Positions 38,164-47,350 are shown, counted from the first letter of the stretch. The stretch is 63,665 nt of DNA from a bacterium (GCA_040756235.1 JBFLZG010000086.1:1-63665), one strand, 5' to 3'. Notes: generated from the sequence alone by a model not told the origin. Translations and numbers: made by a program.

Positions 38164-39774
38164 CTACTTCCCTGCCGCTTCCCCGTTCAGCGCGGCGCAT
38201 ATGGATTTATTCTTCCTGTAGGCGGCCTGGAACTGCTGGAACATCCTGTCGTAGAGAGAACGGTTCTCGGGATTAGGGGTGCAGATCCTGGCCACTCGGA
38301 CCTTCTCGGGCGCCTCTTCTACGGAGCCGTACCCGAGCTGGTCGAAGGCCAGGAATGCAGCGCCGCGGACGTTGGCGTTGCGCGGCTCGGCCATCTGGTG
38401 CACGGGAATCCCGAGGATGTCCGCGTGGATCTGGGCCCAGACGTCCGAGAGGGCGCCGGCACCCGCAAGGCGGAGGAAAGGAAAACGGCGCCCCGTGAAT
38501 TTCCGGGCCGCGTCGATCAGCCATCTCACGTTGAACGCGATGGCCTCGAGGACCGCCCGGCTCATGTGCGCCCTGGTCGTGCTGTTCGACAGGTTGAGGA
38601 ACCCGCCCCTCATGGTCGGGTCCTGGTCCGGGACGAGGGCTCCGTTGAGCCAGGGCAGGAACAGGACGCCCCCGCTCCCGGCCGGGCTCTCGCCCGCCAT
38701 CCGGTCGAGCCGCTCGTAGGCGTCCGCGGGCGGCGGGCCTCCTCCGCCGAAGCCGTCCTGGCAATAGATCAGCCCGTTCAGAAAGAACTCCAGCGATTTC
38801 CCTGCGCCCCCCATCTCACAGAACAGGACGTGACGCCCCCGGATGGGGCTCGGCATGGTGGTCATGTGGCGAATGAGATCCGTCTTCTTCCGGGGCGTGT
38901 GACAGACGAGGAATCCGGACGTCCCGAGCACCATGACGGGATCGAAATCCCGCACCGCACCGGCACCTATGGCGGCCGTGTGATCGTCGTTGGCCGGCTG
39001 AGTGACCCGAGTCTCAGGAGCAAGCCCCAGCTCGCGGGCGACGGACGGAAGAATGGGGGCCGGCGCGCCGTCGTTCGCAAGCAGGTCCGGCAGCTTTGCC
39101 CGGTCGATCCCCGCCAGTCTGACGAGCGCGGGATCGTAATCCCGGCACTCCGGATCCCGATTGTCCGTGAGGATCAAGGGGAAAGCGTTGCTCAGCGTGC
39201 TGGCGCACCTGCCGGTCAGGCGCAGGCTCAGGTAATCCATCGGCTCCAGGAACTTGTAGGTCTTCCTGTAGATCTCCGGCCGCTCATGCTGGATGAACAG
39301 GATGTGGGCCAGGGCATCGCTCCCGCCGAGGGTCGGGGGCATGCCGGCAAGCCGCACCCAGCGCACGAGCTTGGCCAGGCCGTAACCCTGGATGCTGGGG
39401 AACCCCTTGCATATGGCGCGGTTGTAGACGGCTCCCCGGGTGTCGAGCCAGTGGACCGCATGCATCAGGGGCTTGCCGTTCTCGTCCACGGGCACCGTCA
39501 CGGACCATTGCGTCGTGCAGCACACGGCGATGATCTGCTCGGTGGAAATGCCGCAGGCCCGGACCACCTTCCGTGAGGCCGCCGCTATCGCCTGCCACCA
39601 CTCTTCCGGATCCTGCTCCGCGCCTCCGCCCGGCAGCAGGCGCGTGGTCGTTTTTTCCACCGCGCTGGCAACGACTTCCCCGGACTCTCCGACCACGCCT
39701 ACCTTGGGCCCGCCGGACCCCAGGTCGATGGCCAGCACATGCTTCTGCCCAACCGTTCCCCCGGGTGCTTCCAT
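38164..39774 (-). CDS. FGGY-family carbohydrate kinase (xylulokinase-like)
   Basis: AIDLGSGGPK, AEQDPEEWW, WLDTR, LGTSG, FLPWLNG, RAVLEAIAF, W.QI.AD. Confidence 0.9.
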   Translation of the reverse strand: MEAPGGTVGQKHVLAIDLGSGGPKVGVVGESGEVVASAVEKTTTRLLPGGGAEQDPEEWWQAIAAASRKVVRACGISTEQIIAVCCTTQWSVTVPVDENGKPLMHAVHWLDTRGAVYNRAICKGFPSIQGYGLAKLVRWVRLAGMPPTLGGSDALAHILFIQHERPEIYRKTYKFLEPMDYLSLRLTGRCASTLSNAFPLILTDNRDPECRDYDPALVRLAGIDRAKLPDLLANDGAPAPILPSVARELGLAPETRVTQPANDDHTAAIGAGAVRDFDPVMVLGTSGFLVCHTPRKKTDLIRHMTTMPSPIRGRHVLFCEMGGAGKSLEFFLNGLIYCQDGFGGGGPPPADAYERLDRMAGESPAGSGGVLFLPWLNGALVPDQDPTMRGGFLNLSNSTTRAHMSRAVLEAIAFNVRWLIDAARKFTGRRFPFLRLAGAGALSDVWAQIHADILGIPVHQMAEPRNANVRGAAFLAFDQLGYGSVEEAPEKVRVARICTPNPENRSLYDRMFQQFQAAYRKNKSICAALNGEAAGK

Positions 39775-39924
39775 CCTCTTTCACCTCGCCTGTTCGCGTG
39801 CGGGCCACCGATGCTCCGCGCTCGCTCCCGGATCGAGTCGTCCCGTTGCCGCTAGCCAGGGGAGGCGGGAGGGGGGCCAGACCACTGACTGTGAGACGTG
39901 ACGCCTCTTTCGGACTTCAGCGGT

Positions 39925-40695
39925 TCAAGTGGCAACGAACCTTCCGGACTCCACCTCGAAGAGATACTTGTCTCCTCGATGCAGGGCGTGGAGCACTTCT
40001 ACCGGTATGTTCTGCGCGTCGTAGATCGTGCTTTCCAGAAAGATTCCGGGCGATCCCGCGGCGACTCCCAGGAGCTCCGCGTCTCTCTCGGAGAGAGCGA
40101 CCGCCCGGAAGGTCTGGATGGAGTGGTGCAGCTCGACCTGGAAGCGGGTCGTGAGCAGCTGGTAGAGGGACCCGGTGAGCCGCATGTTCAGGATCGCCTT
40201 GTATTCCTCATAGGGAAGGTAGCTTCGCTCCACGACCAGCGGGACTCCGTCCCCCCTGCGGAGTCTCTCCGTCAGGATCACCTTCTTTTGCGTCCCGAGC
40301 ATCAGCTTGTCGGCCACGTCGGGCGGCGCCGCCATGACGGACTTGTGGATGAGCCGGGTTTGCGGGACGATCCCCATCCGGCTCATGTCATCCGTAAAGC
40401 TGGATATGCGCTGGAGGGTGTACTTGACCGGGTGCTGGTTCCGGTCCATGACGAAGGAGCCGACGCCGTTCTTCTTCTGGAGGATTCCCTTGGCGACCAG
40501 ATCGGAGATGGCCTGACGGACGGTGTTGCGGTTGACGCGAAAAAGCTGGGAAAGCCTGGCCTCGGAGGGCAGCCGGTCCTGGGCGCCGTAGCGCCCTTTC
40601 TCGATCATCTCCAGGATCCAGGCGCTGATCTGCAGGTACTTGGGAATGCCTGGCTTCCAGCGGAAGGGTTCGGGCACGGTCCTTGTCTCCTGCAA
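39925..40695 (-). CDS. GntR family regulator, HutC/UTRA subfamily
   Basis: PKYLQI, LPSE..L...F.VNRNTVRQA, G.GSFV, SFT, UTRA-type C-terminus. Confidence 0.92.
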   Translation of the reverse strand: MQETRTVPEPFRWKPGIPKYLQISAWILEMIEKGRYGAQDRLPSEARLSQLFRVNRNTVRQAISDLVAKGILQKKNGVGSFVMDRNQHPVKYTLQRISSFTDDMSRMGIVPQTRLIHKSVMAAPPDVADKLMLGTQKKVILTERLRRGDGVPLVVERSYLPYEEYKAILNMRLTGSLYQLLTTRFQVELHHSIQTFRAVALSERDAELLGVAAGSPGIFLESTIYDAQNIPVEVLHALHRGDKYLFEVESGRFVAT

Positions 40696-40739
40696 TTGGC
40701 TTTCCGGCGATCCTGTCCAGCCCGCCCGCCGTGTGCCGG

Positions 40740-41846
40740 TCAGAAGACCAGGGGCTCGCAGGCGGTGTGAAAGGCCCCGGCGACGCCTTCATGGGTGATC
40801 TTCCCGCCGAAGACGTTGACTCCCTTCTTCAGGGCGGGGCTGCGGCCGACCGCGTCCCGGAAGCCGTGGTCGGCCAGCTCCAGGACGTATTGCAGCGTCG
40901 AGTTGGTCAGCGCATAGGTCGACGTGCGGGGCACGGCACCCGGCATGTTGCTGACACAATAGTGGACGACCCCGCCGTGAATGTAGACCGGGTCATCGTG
41001 GGTCGTGGGCCTCGAGGTCTCCAGACAGCCGCCCTGATCGATGGCCACGTCCACGATCGCGGAACCCTTCTTCATGCGCCGGATCAGGCTTTCGGGGATG
41101 AGCTGCGGGGCGCGGGCTCCCGGGATCAGCACCGAGGTGATGAGCAGGTCGGCCGAGGCCACCTGCTCGTCGATGTTGGCCCGGTTGGACATCACGGTCG
41201 TGACCAGACCGTGGTAGATGTCCTGGATGTAGCGGAGGCGCGCCGGGTTGATGTCCATGACCACCACGTTCGCGCCGATCCCGACTGCGATGTGGCAGGC
41301 GTTGATCCCGACGATGCCGGCGCCGACGATGACCACCTTGGCCGGAGGCACGCCCGAAACCCCGCTCAGCAGGATCCCGCTGCCGCCGTTCTTGGATTCC
41401 AGGCACCAGGCGCCCACCTGGAGAGACAGCCTCCCGGCCACCTCGCTCATGGGGGCCAGCAGCGGCAGGCTGCCGTCCGCGAGCTGGATCGTCTCGTAGG
41501 CGATGCCGGTCACGTTCTTCGCGAGCAAGGTCTCGGTCAGGGTCCGGTTCGCGGCCAGATGGAGGTAGGTGAAGACGATCTGGCCCTCCCGCAGGTAGGC
41601 GTGCTCGTTCTCCACCGGCTCCTTGACCTTGAGGACCATATCCGCATCGGACCACACCCGCTCCGCGCTCGGCAGGATTTCCGCCCCGGCTCGCCGGTAA
41701 TCCACGTCCTGCATGCCGCTTCCCAGGCCCGCGCCCTGCTCGACCAGGACACGATGCCCGTGGAGCACCAGGGCGCTGACGCCTTCGGGGGTCATGCCGA
41801 CCCGCTTCTCCTCCCGCTTGATCTCCCTGGGGATGCCGATGATCAT
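40740..41846 (-). CDS. ald: alanine dehydrogenase
   Basis: MIIGIPREIK..EKRV, KVKEP, FTYLHLA, LPLLAPMSEVAGR, DVAIDQGG, NMPGAVPRTST. Confidence 0.95.
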   Translation of the reverse strand: MIIGIPREIKREEKRVGMTPEGVSALVLHGHRVLVEQGAGLGSGMQDVDYRRAGAEILPSAERVWSDADMVLKVKEPVENEHAYLREGQIVFTYLHLAANRTLTETLLAKNVTGIAYETIQLADGSLPLLAPMSEVAGRLSLQVGAWCLESKNGGSGILLSGVSGVPPAKVVIVGAGIVGINACHIAVGIGANVVVMDINPARLRYIQDIYHGLVTTVMSNRANIDEQVASADLLITSVLIPGARAPQLIPESLIRRMKKGSAIVDVAIDQGGCLETSRPTTHDDPVYIHGGVVHYCVSNMPGAVPRTSTYALTNSTLQYVLELADHGFRDAVGRSPALKKGVNVFGGKITHEGVAGAFHTACEPLVF

Positions 41847-41876
41847 GTCCAACACTCCTTCGGCGGTGTGGAAGGT

Positions 41877-42968
41877 TCAGCGCCGTGCGAAGTAACTCCT
41901 TGCGAACGCCAGGAACCGCTCGTTCTCTTCTTCCGAGCCCGGGGTTACGCGGAAGTACCCGGTCTTGCCGTGGATCTCGCCGATCCGCTTGAGATAGATC
42001 TTCTCCCGCAGGGCCGCTGCGAGAATCTCGGACGTGGACTTTCCGCTCATCGTGGCATCCACCAGCATGTAGTTCCCGTTGGCCGGGAAAGGCTTGAGGC
42101 CCAGCTCCTGGAGCGCCGCGAAGAACCGGTCCATCCAGCGGTTGTTGTACGCCACCTTGCTCTTGAGCTCCTCCGGGTTGTCGAGGATCGCCTCGGCGGC
42201 GGCCATGGACATGAGGCTCACGTTCCACGGCAGCAGCATCCGGCTGAAGGCGTCGATCATCTCTTCGGTTCCCAGCACGTACCCGAACCTCAGGCCGGCA
42301 AAGCCGTAGGCCTTGGAGAAGGTCGCCTGGAGGAAGACGTGCGGGTACTTGCCGATCAAGTGGGCCTTGGTGCCCTTTTCCGGATGATAGTCGCGGTAGG
42401 CCTCGTCGATGCACAGGGGGATGCCCAGCTCGCAGAACCGCACCAGGTCCTGGTCGCCGATGAAGATGCCCGTGGGGTTGTTCGGGTTGATGATCAGGAT
42501 GAGCTTGGTGCGCTTGTTGACGGCGCGCAGCATCGCCTCCACGTCGTACTGCAGATCGTCCTTTCGCAACGGGACGGAGACGACCTTGGCGCCGCACAGC
42601 TCCGCGCGCGGCGGATAGAGCTCGAAGGTGGGCGTGGACAGGATGATCTCATCGCCCGGCTCGAGGAAGATGCGCATCATGCTGTCGATGATTTCCGAGG
42701 AGCCGTTGCACAGCCTCACGTTCTGAGGCCCCAGCTCGTAAAGCTTCCCGATGCGGGCCCTCAGATGAAGCATGCTGTCCGGGTATCGATTCCCTTTGCG
42801 GACCGCCTCGGCCACCGCGCTCACGACCTTCTCCGAGGGCGGAATCGGATTCTCGTTGAGCATGAGCCTGGCGTGGTCCGGTTGCGCCCAGGCCTTGTCC
42901 AGAATGCTGACGTCGTAACGCCTTGCTGCGAGCAGCCAGGGAACGAACCATTCCTTGAGCTCTTTCAT
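41877..42968 (-). CDS. histidinol-phosphate aminotransferase family (class I/II PLP)
   Basis: LNENP, RYPD, NGSSE, NPNNPTG, IDEAY, TFSKAYGFAGLRFGY. Confidence 0.88.
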   Translation of the reverse strand: MKELKEWFVPWLLAARRYDVSILDKAWAQPDHARLMLNENPIPPSEKVVSAVAEAVRKGNRYPDSMLHLRARIGKLYELGPQNVRLCNGSSEIIDSMMRIFLEPGDEIILSTPTFELYPPRAELCGAKVVSVPLRKDDLQYDVEAMLRAVNKRTKLILIINPNNPTGIFIGDQDLVRFCELGIPLCIDEAYRDYHPEKGTKAHLIGKYPHVFLQATFSKAYGFAGLRFGYVLGTEEMIDAFSRMLLPWNVSLMSMAAAEAILDNPEELKSKVAYNNRWMDRFFAALQELGLKPFPANGNYMLVDATMSGKSTSEILAAALREKIYLKRIGEIHGKTGYFRVTPGSEEENERFLAFARSYFARR

Positions 42969-43016
42969 CTTTGGGACCTCCACGTTGCTGCGTTCGGCTC
43001 GTTCTGAAACCGCGTC

Positions 43017-43088
43017 AAAGGGAAGAGGCTAGAGGGAAAAGGGAAAAGGTCTTCCACCTTCACCTTATCCCCTTCACCTTTGGCCTTT
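43017..43088. repeat. heptamer-based imperfect inverted repeat (purine arm / pyrimidine arm)
   Basis: AAAGGGAAGAGGCTAGAGGGAAAAGGGAAAAGG ... CCTTCACCTTATCCCCTTCACCTTTGGCCTTT; overlaps the transaldolase stop. Confidence 0.6.
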
Positions 43089-44280
43089 CCGCCCGCACGG
43101 CAGCCAGCCGCCGCCCCACGTATTCCTCCAGTCCGGCCGAGGCCTGGGAAAAGGCCTCGGCGGTGGCGACCGTCGCCGGGTGGGCGTTGAACTGATCGAC
43201 TTCCATCCCGTTCTCGTCCCAGGACTGGAGCACGTAGGGAATCTTGCGGAGCTTCAACAAGACTTCCTTCGGGACGTCGTCGAGCCAGATCTCCTCCCGG
43301 AAAGGGAGGTCTTCACAGCGCTGGAAAAGGGGCTCCAGCACATAGGGAGGCATGGTGTAGACGATCGCGCCGGCGATCTTCTCCACGTCCCAGAAGCGGT
43401 GCCTGCCGGCTACCAGCGGCCCGTCCCGCATCGAGCAGGCCAGCATCTTGCTGGGCATCCCGTTTTCAGCCAATAGTCGGAAGGCCTTGCGGAAGACGTG
43501 GATGCCGAGCCAGTGCTTGTCGCTCCAGCTGAGCGAAATGCCGCGGCGGGAGGCCTGCTCGTCGAGCACCGGGTTCTCGGTCAGCCGGCCGATCATCATG
43601 GTGATGACCGCCCGCCAGCGGCTCACGTCCACCTTGTTCTTTTCGGCCAGCGCCAGGCCTTCCCTGGCGGCCTGGGCCACCGCCCATATCTGAGGCAGCG
43701 TGAAGCAGGTGGTCACGTTGGTGGGGATGGCCATCGAGGTGAGCGCCCTGACCACCTCGACCCCCTGGGCGCTGGCCGGCACCTTGATCATCAGGTTGGG
43801 GGCGATCGCCCGGAGCTCCTGAGCGGTCTCGATCATGCGCGCGCTCTCGGTGAGCAGGCGCGGATCGAGCTGGCCCGAGATGTAGCCGAAGCGGCCGCCC
43901 GAAGCCTCCCAGATCGGCATCATCATGGCCGCGCCCCGGCGGATGACTTCCTTGTAGGTCAGCCAGAAGCACTCCTCCAGGGTGAAGTCCGGGTGGGAGA
44001 GCACGAGCTCGTCGATCCATGCGTCCCAGAACGCCGGATCGTTCTTGACCGCGGCGAGAGAGAGCGGAGGGTTGGTGGTGCAGCCGCGAATCAGGCTCCC
44101 GGCCGGGTCCTCGGCCGCGTAAATGCGGCGCAGCTGCTCCTCCAGTACGGCCCTCCTGGACGGCTCGGCAGCGCCGACCATCTTGCGGACCCAGGAGTCG
44201 AAGACCAGCGGCGAGGAGTCCCACCAGATCTCCAGGTCGGGATCCACGCTCGCGAGACGTTCCAGCACGCTTTGGCTCAT
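43060..44280 (-). CDS. transaldolase/FSA family protein (atypical active site)
   Basis: IWWDS, CTTNPP, ISGQLDPR, LMIKVP (Schiff-base Lys), TNVT..F, MMIGR. Confidence 0.85.
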   Translation of the reverse strand: MSQSVLERLASVDPDLEIWWDSSPLVFDSWVRKMVGAAEPSRRAVLEEQLRRIYAAEDPAGSLIRGCTTNPPLSLAAVKNDPAFWDAWIDELVLSHPDFTLEECFWLTYKEVIRRGAAMMMPIWEASGGRFGYISGQLDPRLLTESARMIETAQELRAIAPNLMIKVPASAQGVEVVRALTSMAIPTNVTTCFTLPQIWAVAQAAREGLALAEKNKVDVSRWRAVITMMIGRLTENPVLDEQASRRGISLSWSDKHWLGIHVFRKAFRLLAENGMPSKMLACSMRDGPLVAGRHRFWDVEKIAGAIVYTMPPYVLEPLFQRCEDLPFREEIWLDDVPKEVLLKLRKIPYVLQSWDENGMEVDQFNAHPATVATAEAFSQASAGLEEYVGRRLAAVRAERPKVKGIR

Positions 44281-44316
44281 GTGCGCCTCCCTCCCTCGGG
44301 TCGAGCTGGCGGACTG

Positions 44317-44349
44317 CCTATCTATACAGGGGTTACAGATCCGCGTCAA
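44317..44349 (-). promoter_or_regulatory. putative promoter with overlapping HutC-type palindrome
   Basis: Minus strand TTGACG-17-TATAGA; CCTGTATAGATAGG is an imperfect palindrome. Confidence 0.45.
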
Positions 44350-44354
44350 GCTTT

Positions 44355-46052
44355 TCATGCGGCCCGGGGAGCGTTGAACATGGCCAGCAAGGCGTTGAAA
44401 TCGCCCGCCTGCAGCGCTCTGCGGGTCATCTCCGGGTCCTGGAAGCTCTTGGTAAGGTCGGCAAAGATCAGCAGGGCGGCCCCATCGTCGAGCCGGGGCA
44501 CGAGGACCAGGAAGATGACGTGCGAGGCCTCGCCGTCGCTGGCGTCGAAGTCGATCCCGGCGGGCGAGAAGCCGAGACCGATGACCGGTCGCGACAGCCG
44601 TTCCAGGCGGGCGTGGGGAACGGCCACGCCGTTGCTGAGCCCGGTCGGCAGGATTCTCTCTCGCGCCGTGACCGCCTCCGCGATCGCCTCGGCCCGGATG
44701 CCCGCCACGCCGGCCAGGGCCTGGGACAGCTCCCGGATGGCTTCCCACCTGTCCCGGGCCCTGAGCCGGGGGACGAACGCGCGCCGGTGCAGATACTGGA
44801 CGAAGCGCGGCGGCACCCGCTGCCGGAGGATGGCCTGGATCGCCGGCCCGCTTGCCATGGAGGTCACCAGGGCCATGACCACCAGGGAGACGAACAGGCC
44901 TTCGTCGATGACCCCGTAGCGCAGCGCCAGCAGCCCGAGCACGATCTCCATCGCTCCGCGGGCGTTCATGGCGAAGCTGGCGGCCCAGGACTCGCGGGGC
45001 GGAACGCCCGTCCACCTGGCCCCCAGCCGACACCCGAAGATCTTGCCCAGACAGGCGATGATCAGGACGACCAGGGTGAGGGTCCAGTCGAAGTGGGCCG
45101 CGAAGTTGACCCGGAACCCGATGCTGGCGAAGAACAGGGGCGCGAAGAAAGAATACACGAACTGCTTGATCGTCTCCCGCGTGTGCTCCCGCAGATGGAC
45201 GGAGTCCCCGATGGCCGCGCCGAGCAGAAAAGAGCCGAACAGGGCATGCACCCCGAACCATTCGGTGAAAGCCCCGCACAGCAGAGCCATGGAAAGTGTG
45301 AAACCCAGGACGCTGCCGGCGCCGCCCGCCCGGGTCTGCAGCCACGGCAGGATGCGGTGGAGGAGCCATCGGCCGATCGTCAGCATGAAGGCGGCGAAGC
45401 CGACGGCCAGCGCGGCTGCGTACAGGATGCCGACGCCCGGGCCGCCGCGCGTGCCGATCATCCCGAGAGTCACGGAGAAGATGAGCCAACCCAGGAGGTC
45501 GTTGAAGATGGCGGCCGCGATGACGATCATGCCCAGGTCGCTGCGGTACAGGTTCAGGTCCATCAGGGTCTTGGCGATGACCGGCAGCGCCGAGATGGAG
45601 AGGGCGGTCCCGAAGAACAGGGCGAACACGAGCGGCTCGACCCCTGCGGCGCGGCCCAGGAACGGCGAGAAGAACCAGGCCGAGGCGAACCCGATCAGGA
45701 AGGGGAAGAGGATGCCGGAAAGGCTGACCCCCACGGCCGTCTTGCCCTGCCTCCAGACGGTCGAGAGGTCCACTTCGATGCCGGCCACGAGGAGGAACAG
45801 GACGAGCGAGAGGGTCGTGAGCCCGTCCAGGACCAGAGCGATCCCGCCCTCCGGGGGGAAGAGGAACTCCGTCCAGCCGGGCGCAATTCGGCCGAGGACC
45901 GTGGGGCCCAGGAGCAGGCCTGCCAGGATTTCCCCCACGACCGAGGGCTGGCGGAGCCGCTGGGCGATCTCACCCAGGAGCCGGGCCGCCGACAGGACCA
46001 CGCCCACGGCCAGGAACAAAGCGATGATCTCGTCCGAGCTCAGCACGGCCAT
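44355..46052 (-). CDS. CPA2 cation:proton antiporter fused to a PTS EIIA domain
   Basis: QPSVVGEILAGLLLGP, SISALPVIAKTL, FND, APLFFASIG, MNARG; C-terminal 'RE...TG..NGVAVPHAR...GIDFDASDG'. Confidence 0.88.
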   Translation of the reverse strand: MAVLSSDEIIALFLAVGVVLSAARLLGEIAQRLRQPSVVGEILAGLLLGPTVLGRIAPGWTEFLFPPEGGIALVLDGLTTLSLVLFLLVAGIEVDLSTVWRQGKTAVGVSLSGILFPFLIGFASAWFFSPFLGRAAGVEPLVFALFFGTALSISALPVIAKTLMDLNLYRSDLGMIVIAAAIFNDLLGWLIFSVTLGMIGTRGGPGVGILYAAALAVGFAAFMLTIGRWLLHRILPWLQTRAGGAGSVLGFTLSMALLCGAFTEWFGVHALFGSFLLGAAIGDSVHLREHTRETIKQFVYSFFAPLFFASIGFRVNFAAHFDWTLTLVVLIIACLGKIFGCRLGARWTGVPPRESWAASFAMNARGAMEIVLGLLALRYGVIDEGLFVSLVVMALVTSMASGPAIQAILRQRVPPRFVQYLHRRAFVPRLRARDRWEAIRELSQALAGVAGIRAEAIAEAVTARERILPTGLSNGVAVPHARLERLSRPVIGLGFSPAGIDFDASDGEASHVIFLVLVPRLDDGAALLIFADLTKSFQDPEMTRRALQAGDFNALLAMFNAPRAA

Positions 46053-46355
46053 CGTCGATCCGTTGTGGCGCCGGCGCGCTCTGCAGGGCGATCCGCGGCG
46101 GATCTCGAGCGCCCGGCCGGGACCCGACCGCTCTCTCCGCCTGGCTCGCATCCGGGCATTCCGGATCAGACTCTCAAAGACAGCCCCAATATACAAGCAA
46201 GACGATTGGCGGCGGGAACCGCTTCGATTTTTTTTACAGCATCGTAAAAAAATGCGACAAGCCCCCGTGGCGGAGAGCATCCCGACCGTCCCCGGCGCGC
46301 AGCTCACCCTTTTGATTTCGGCAGGTTAGCCGGAGGCCCCGGATCTCTCGATTGC

Positions 46356-46371
46356 TGGCACGTCCTTTGCT
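46356..46371 (+). promoter_or_regulatory. sigma54 (-24/-12) promoter
   Basis: TGGCACGTCCTTTGCT, a consensus match; palindrome TTTTTTTAC-agcatc-GTAAAAAAA at 46229-46252 upstream. Confidence 0.75.
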
Positions 46372-46471
46372 CCCGATCTCCGTGTGGCCGGGGCTCACGG
46401 GCCTCGAGAGCGGACGGGTGACGGAGACGGCAGGGAGAGGGAGTCGGACCTGGGGAGAGAGAGGGAGACGG

Positions 46472-46771
46472 ATGGGGTACGGCGAAAGGGCTGAAAACAC
46501 GGCACGCGTCATGCGGCCGAGCATCGATCAGAGGATTCTTCCCCTCGTCCGGCAGTGGAAGAAGACCACTCAGTTCTACCACTTCCTTCGGAGGGAGCTC
46601 GCTCAGGCCAGAACCGAGGCCGAAAGAGAAGTCATTCGGACCGAGATCGGGCGGGTGCGCACGAAGCTCCTGGGGTTGAAAGTCCTGGCCAAGTCCCTGG
46701 TGGATCGCCCGGCCGCCGAGCGCACGAGCCGGTCGGCCGGGCCGACCCTCCTGGAGCTCCCTCTCCAGTAG
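46472..46771 (+). CDS. small hypothetical helical protein
   Basis: ORF with GAGGGAG RBS downstream of a sigma54 site; amphipathic helical sequence; no family recognised. Confidence 0.55.
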   Translation: MGYGERAENTARVMRPSIDQRILPLVRQWKKTTQFYHFLRRELAQARTEAEREVIRTEIGRVRTKLLGLKVLAKSLVDRPAAERTSRSAGPTLLELPLQ

Positions 46772-46780
46772 CCCCTCGCA

Positions 46781-47350
46781 TCACCGGAAGAACGGATTGT
46801 GCTGCCGCTCCGTTCCGATCGTCGTGGCCGGGCCGTGGCCCGGATAGGCCCTCACCTCGTCGCCCAGGGGAAAGAGCTTCTCCCTGACCGACCGGATCAG
46901 GCTTTCGTAGCTCCCCCCGGGCATGTCGGTCCGGCCGATCGATCCGGCGAACAGCGTGTCGCCGGTGAAGACGACGCCGGGGCCGGACAGGCAAACCCCT
47001 CCCGGGGTGTGTCCGGGGGTATGCAGCACCTTGAGCGTCCAGGTGCCGAAGCGCACTTCCTGGCCGTCCTCGAGGTGTCCGTCCGGCGGCCTCTTCAAGC
47101 CGCGGGCATCGAGCCGGTGGATGAGCAACGGTGCGTGTGCGATCTTGCGCAGCTCCTCGTTGGCGCCCGTGTGGTCCCAATGGCCGTGGGTGTTCAGAAT
47201 GCAGCGCACGAGGAGCGCCTTCTTCGTGATCTCGGAAGCGATCCGCACGGCGTCGCCCCCGGGGTCGATGACCACGGCCTCGCGGGTCTTCTTGCAGGCG
47301 ACGATGTAGCAGTTCGCTCCGAGAAGTCCAACGGTCAGATGAGTGATCAT
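46781..47350 (-). CDS. MBL-fold metallo-hydrolase (glyoxalase II-like)
   Basis: NCYI, IDPG, THGHWDH, HTPGHTPG, FTGDTLF, PGHG. Confidence 0.92.
   Translation of the reverse strand: MITHLTVGLLGANCYIVACKKTREAVVIDPGGDAVRIASEITKKALLVRCILNTHGHWDHTGANEELRKIAHAPLLIHRLDARGLKRPPDGHLEDGQEVRFGTWTLKVLHTPGHTPGGVCLSGPGVVFTGDTLFAGSIGRTDMPGGSYESLIRSVREKLFPLGDEVRAYPGHGPATTIGTERQHNPFFR

Noticed and set aside
41877..42968. Calling the aminotransferase hisC
   Set aside because: Family match only; no his genes nearby and the context suggests catabolism.
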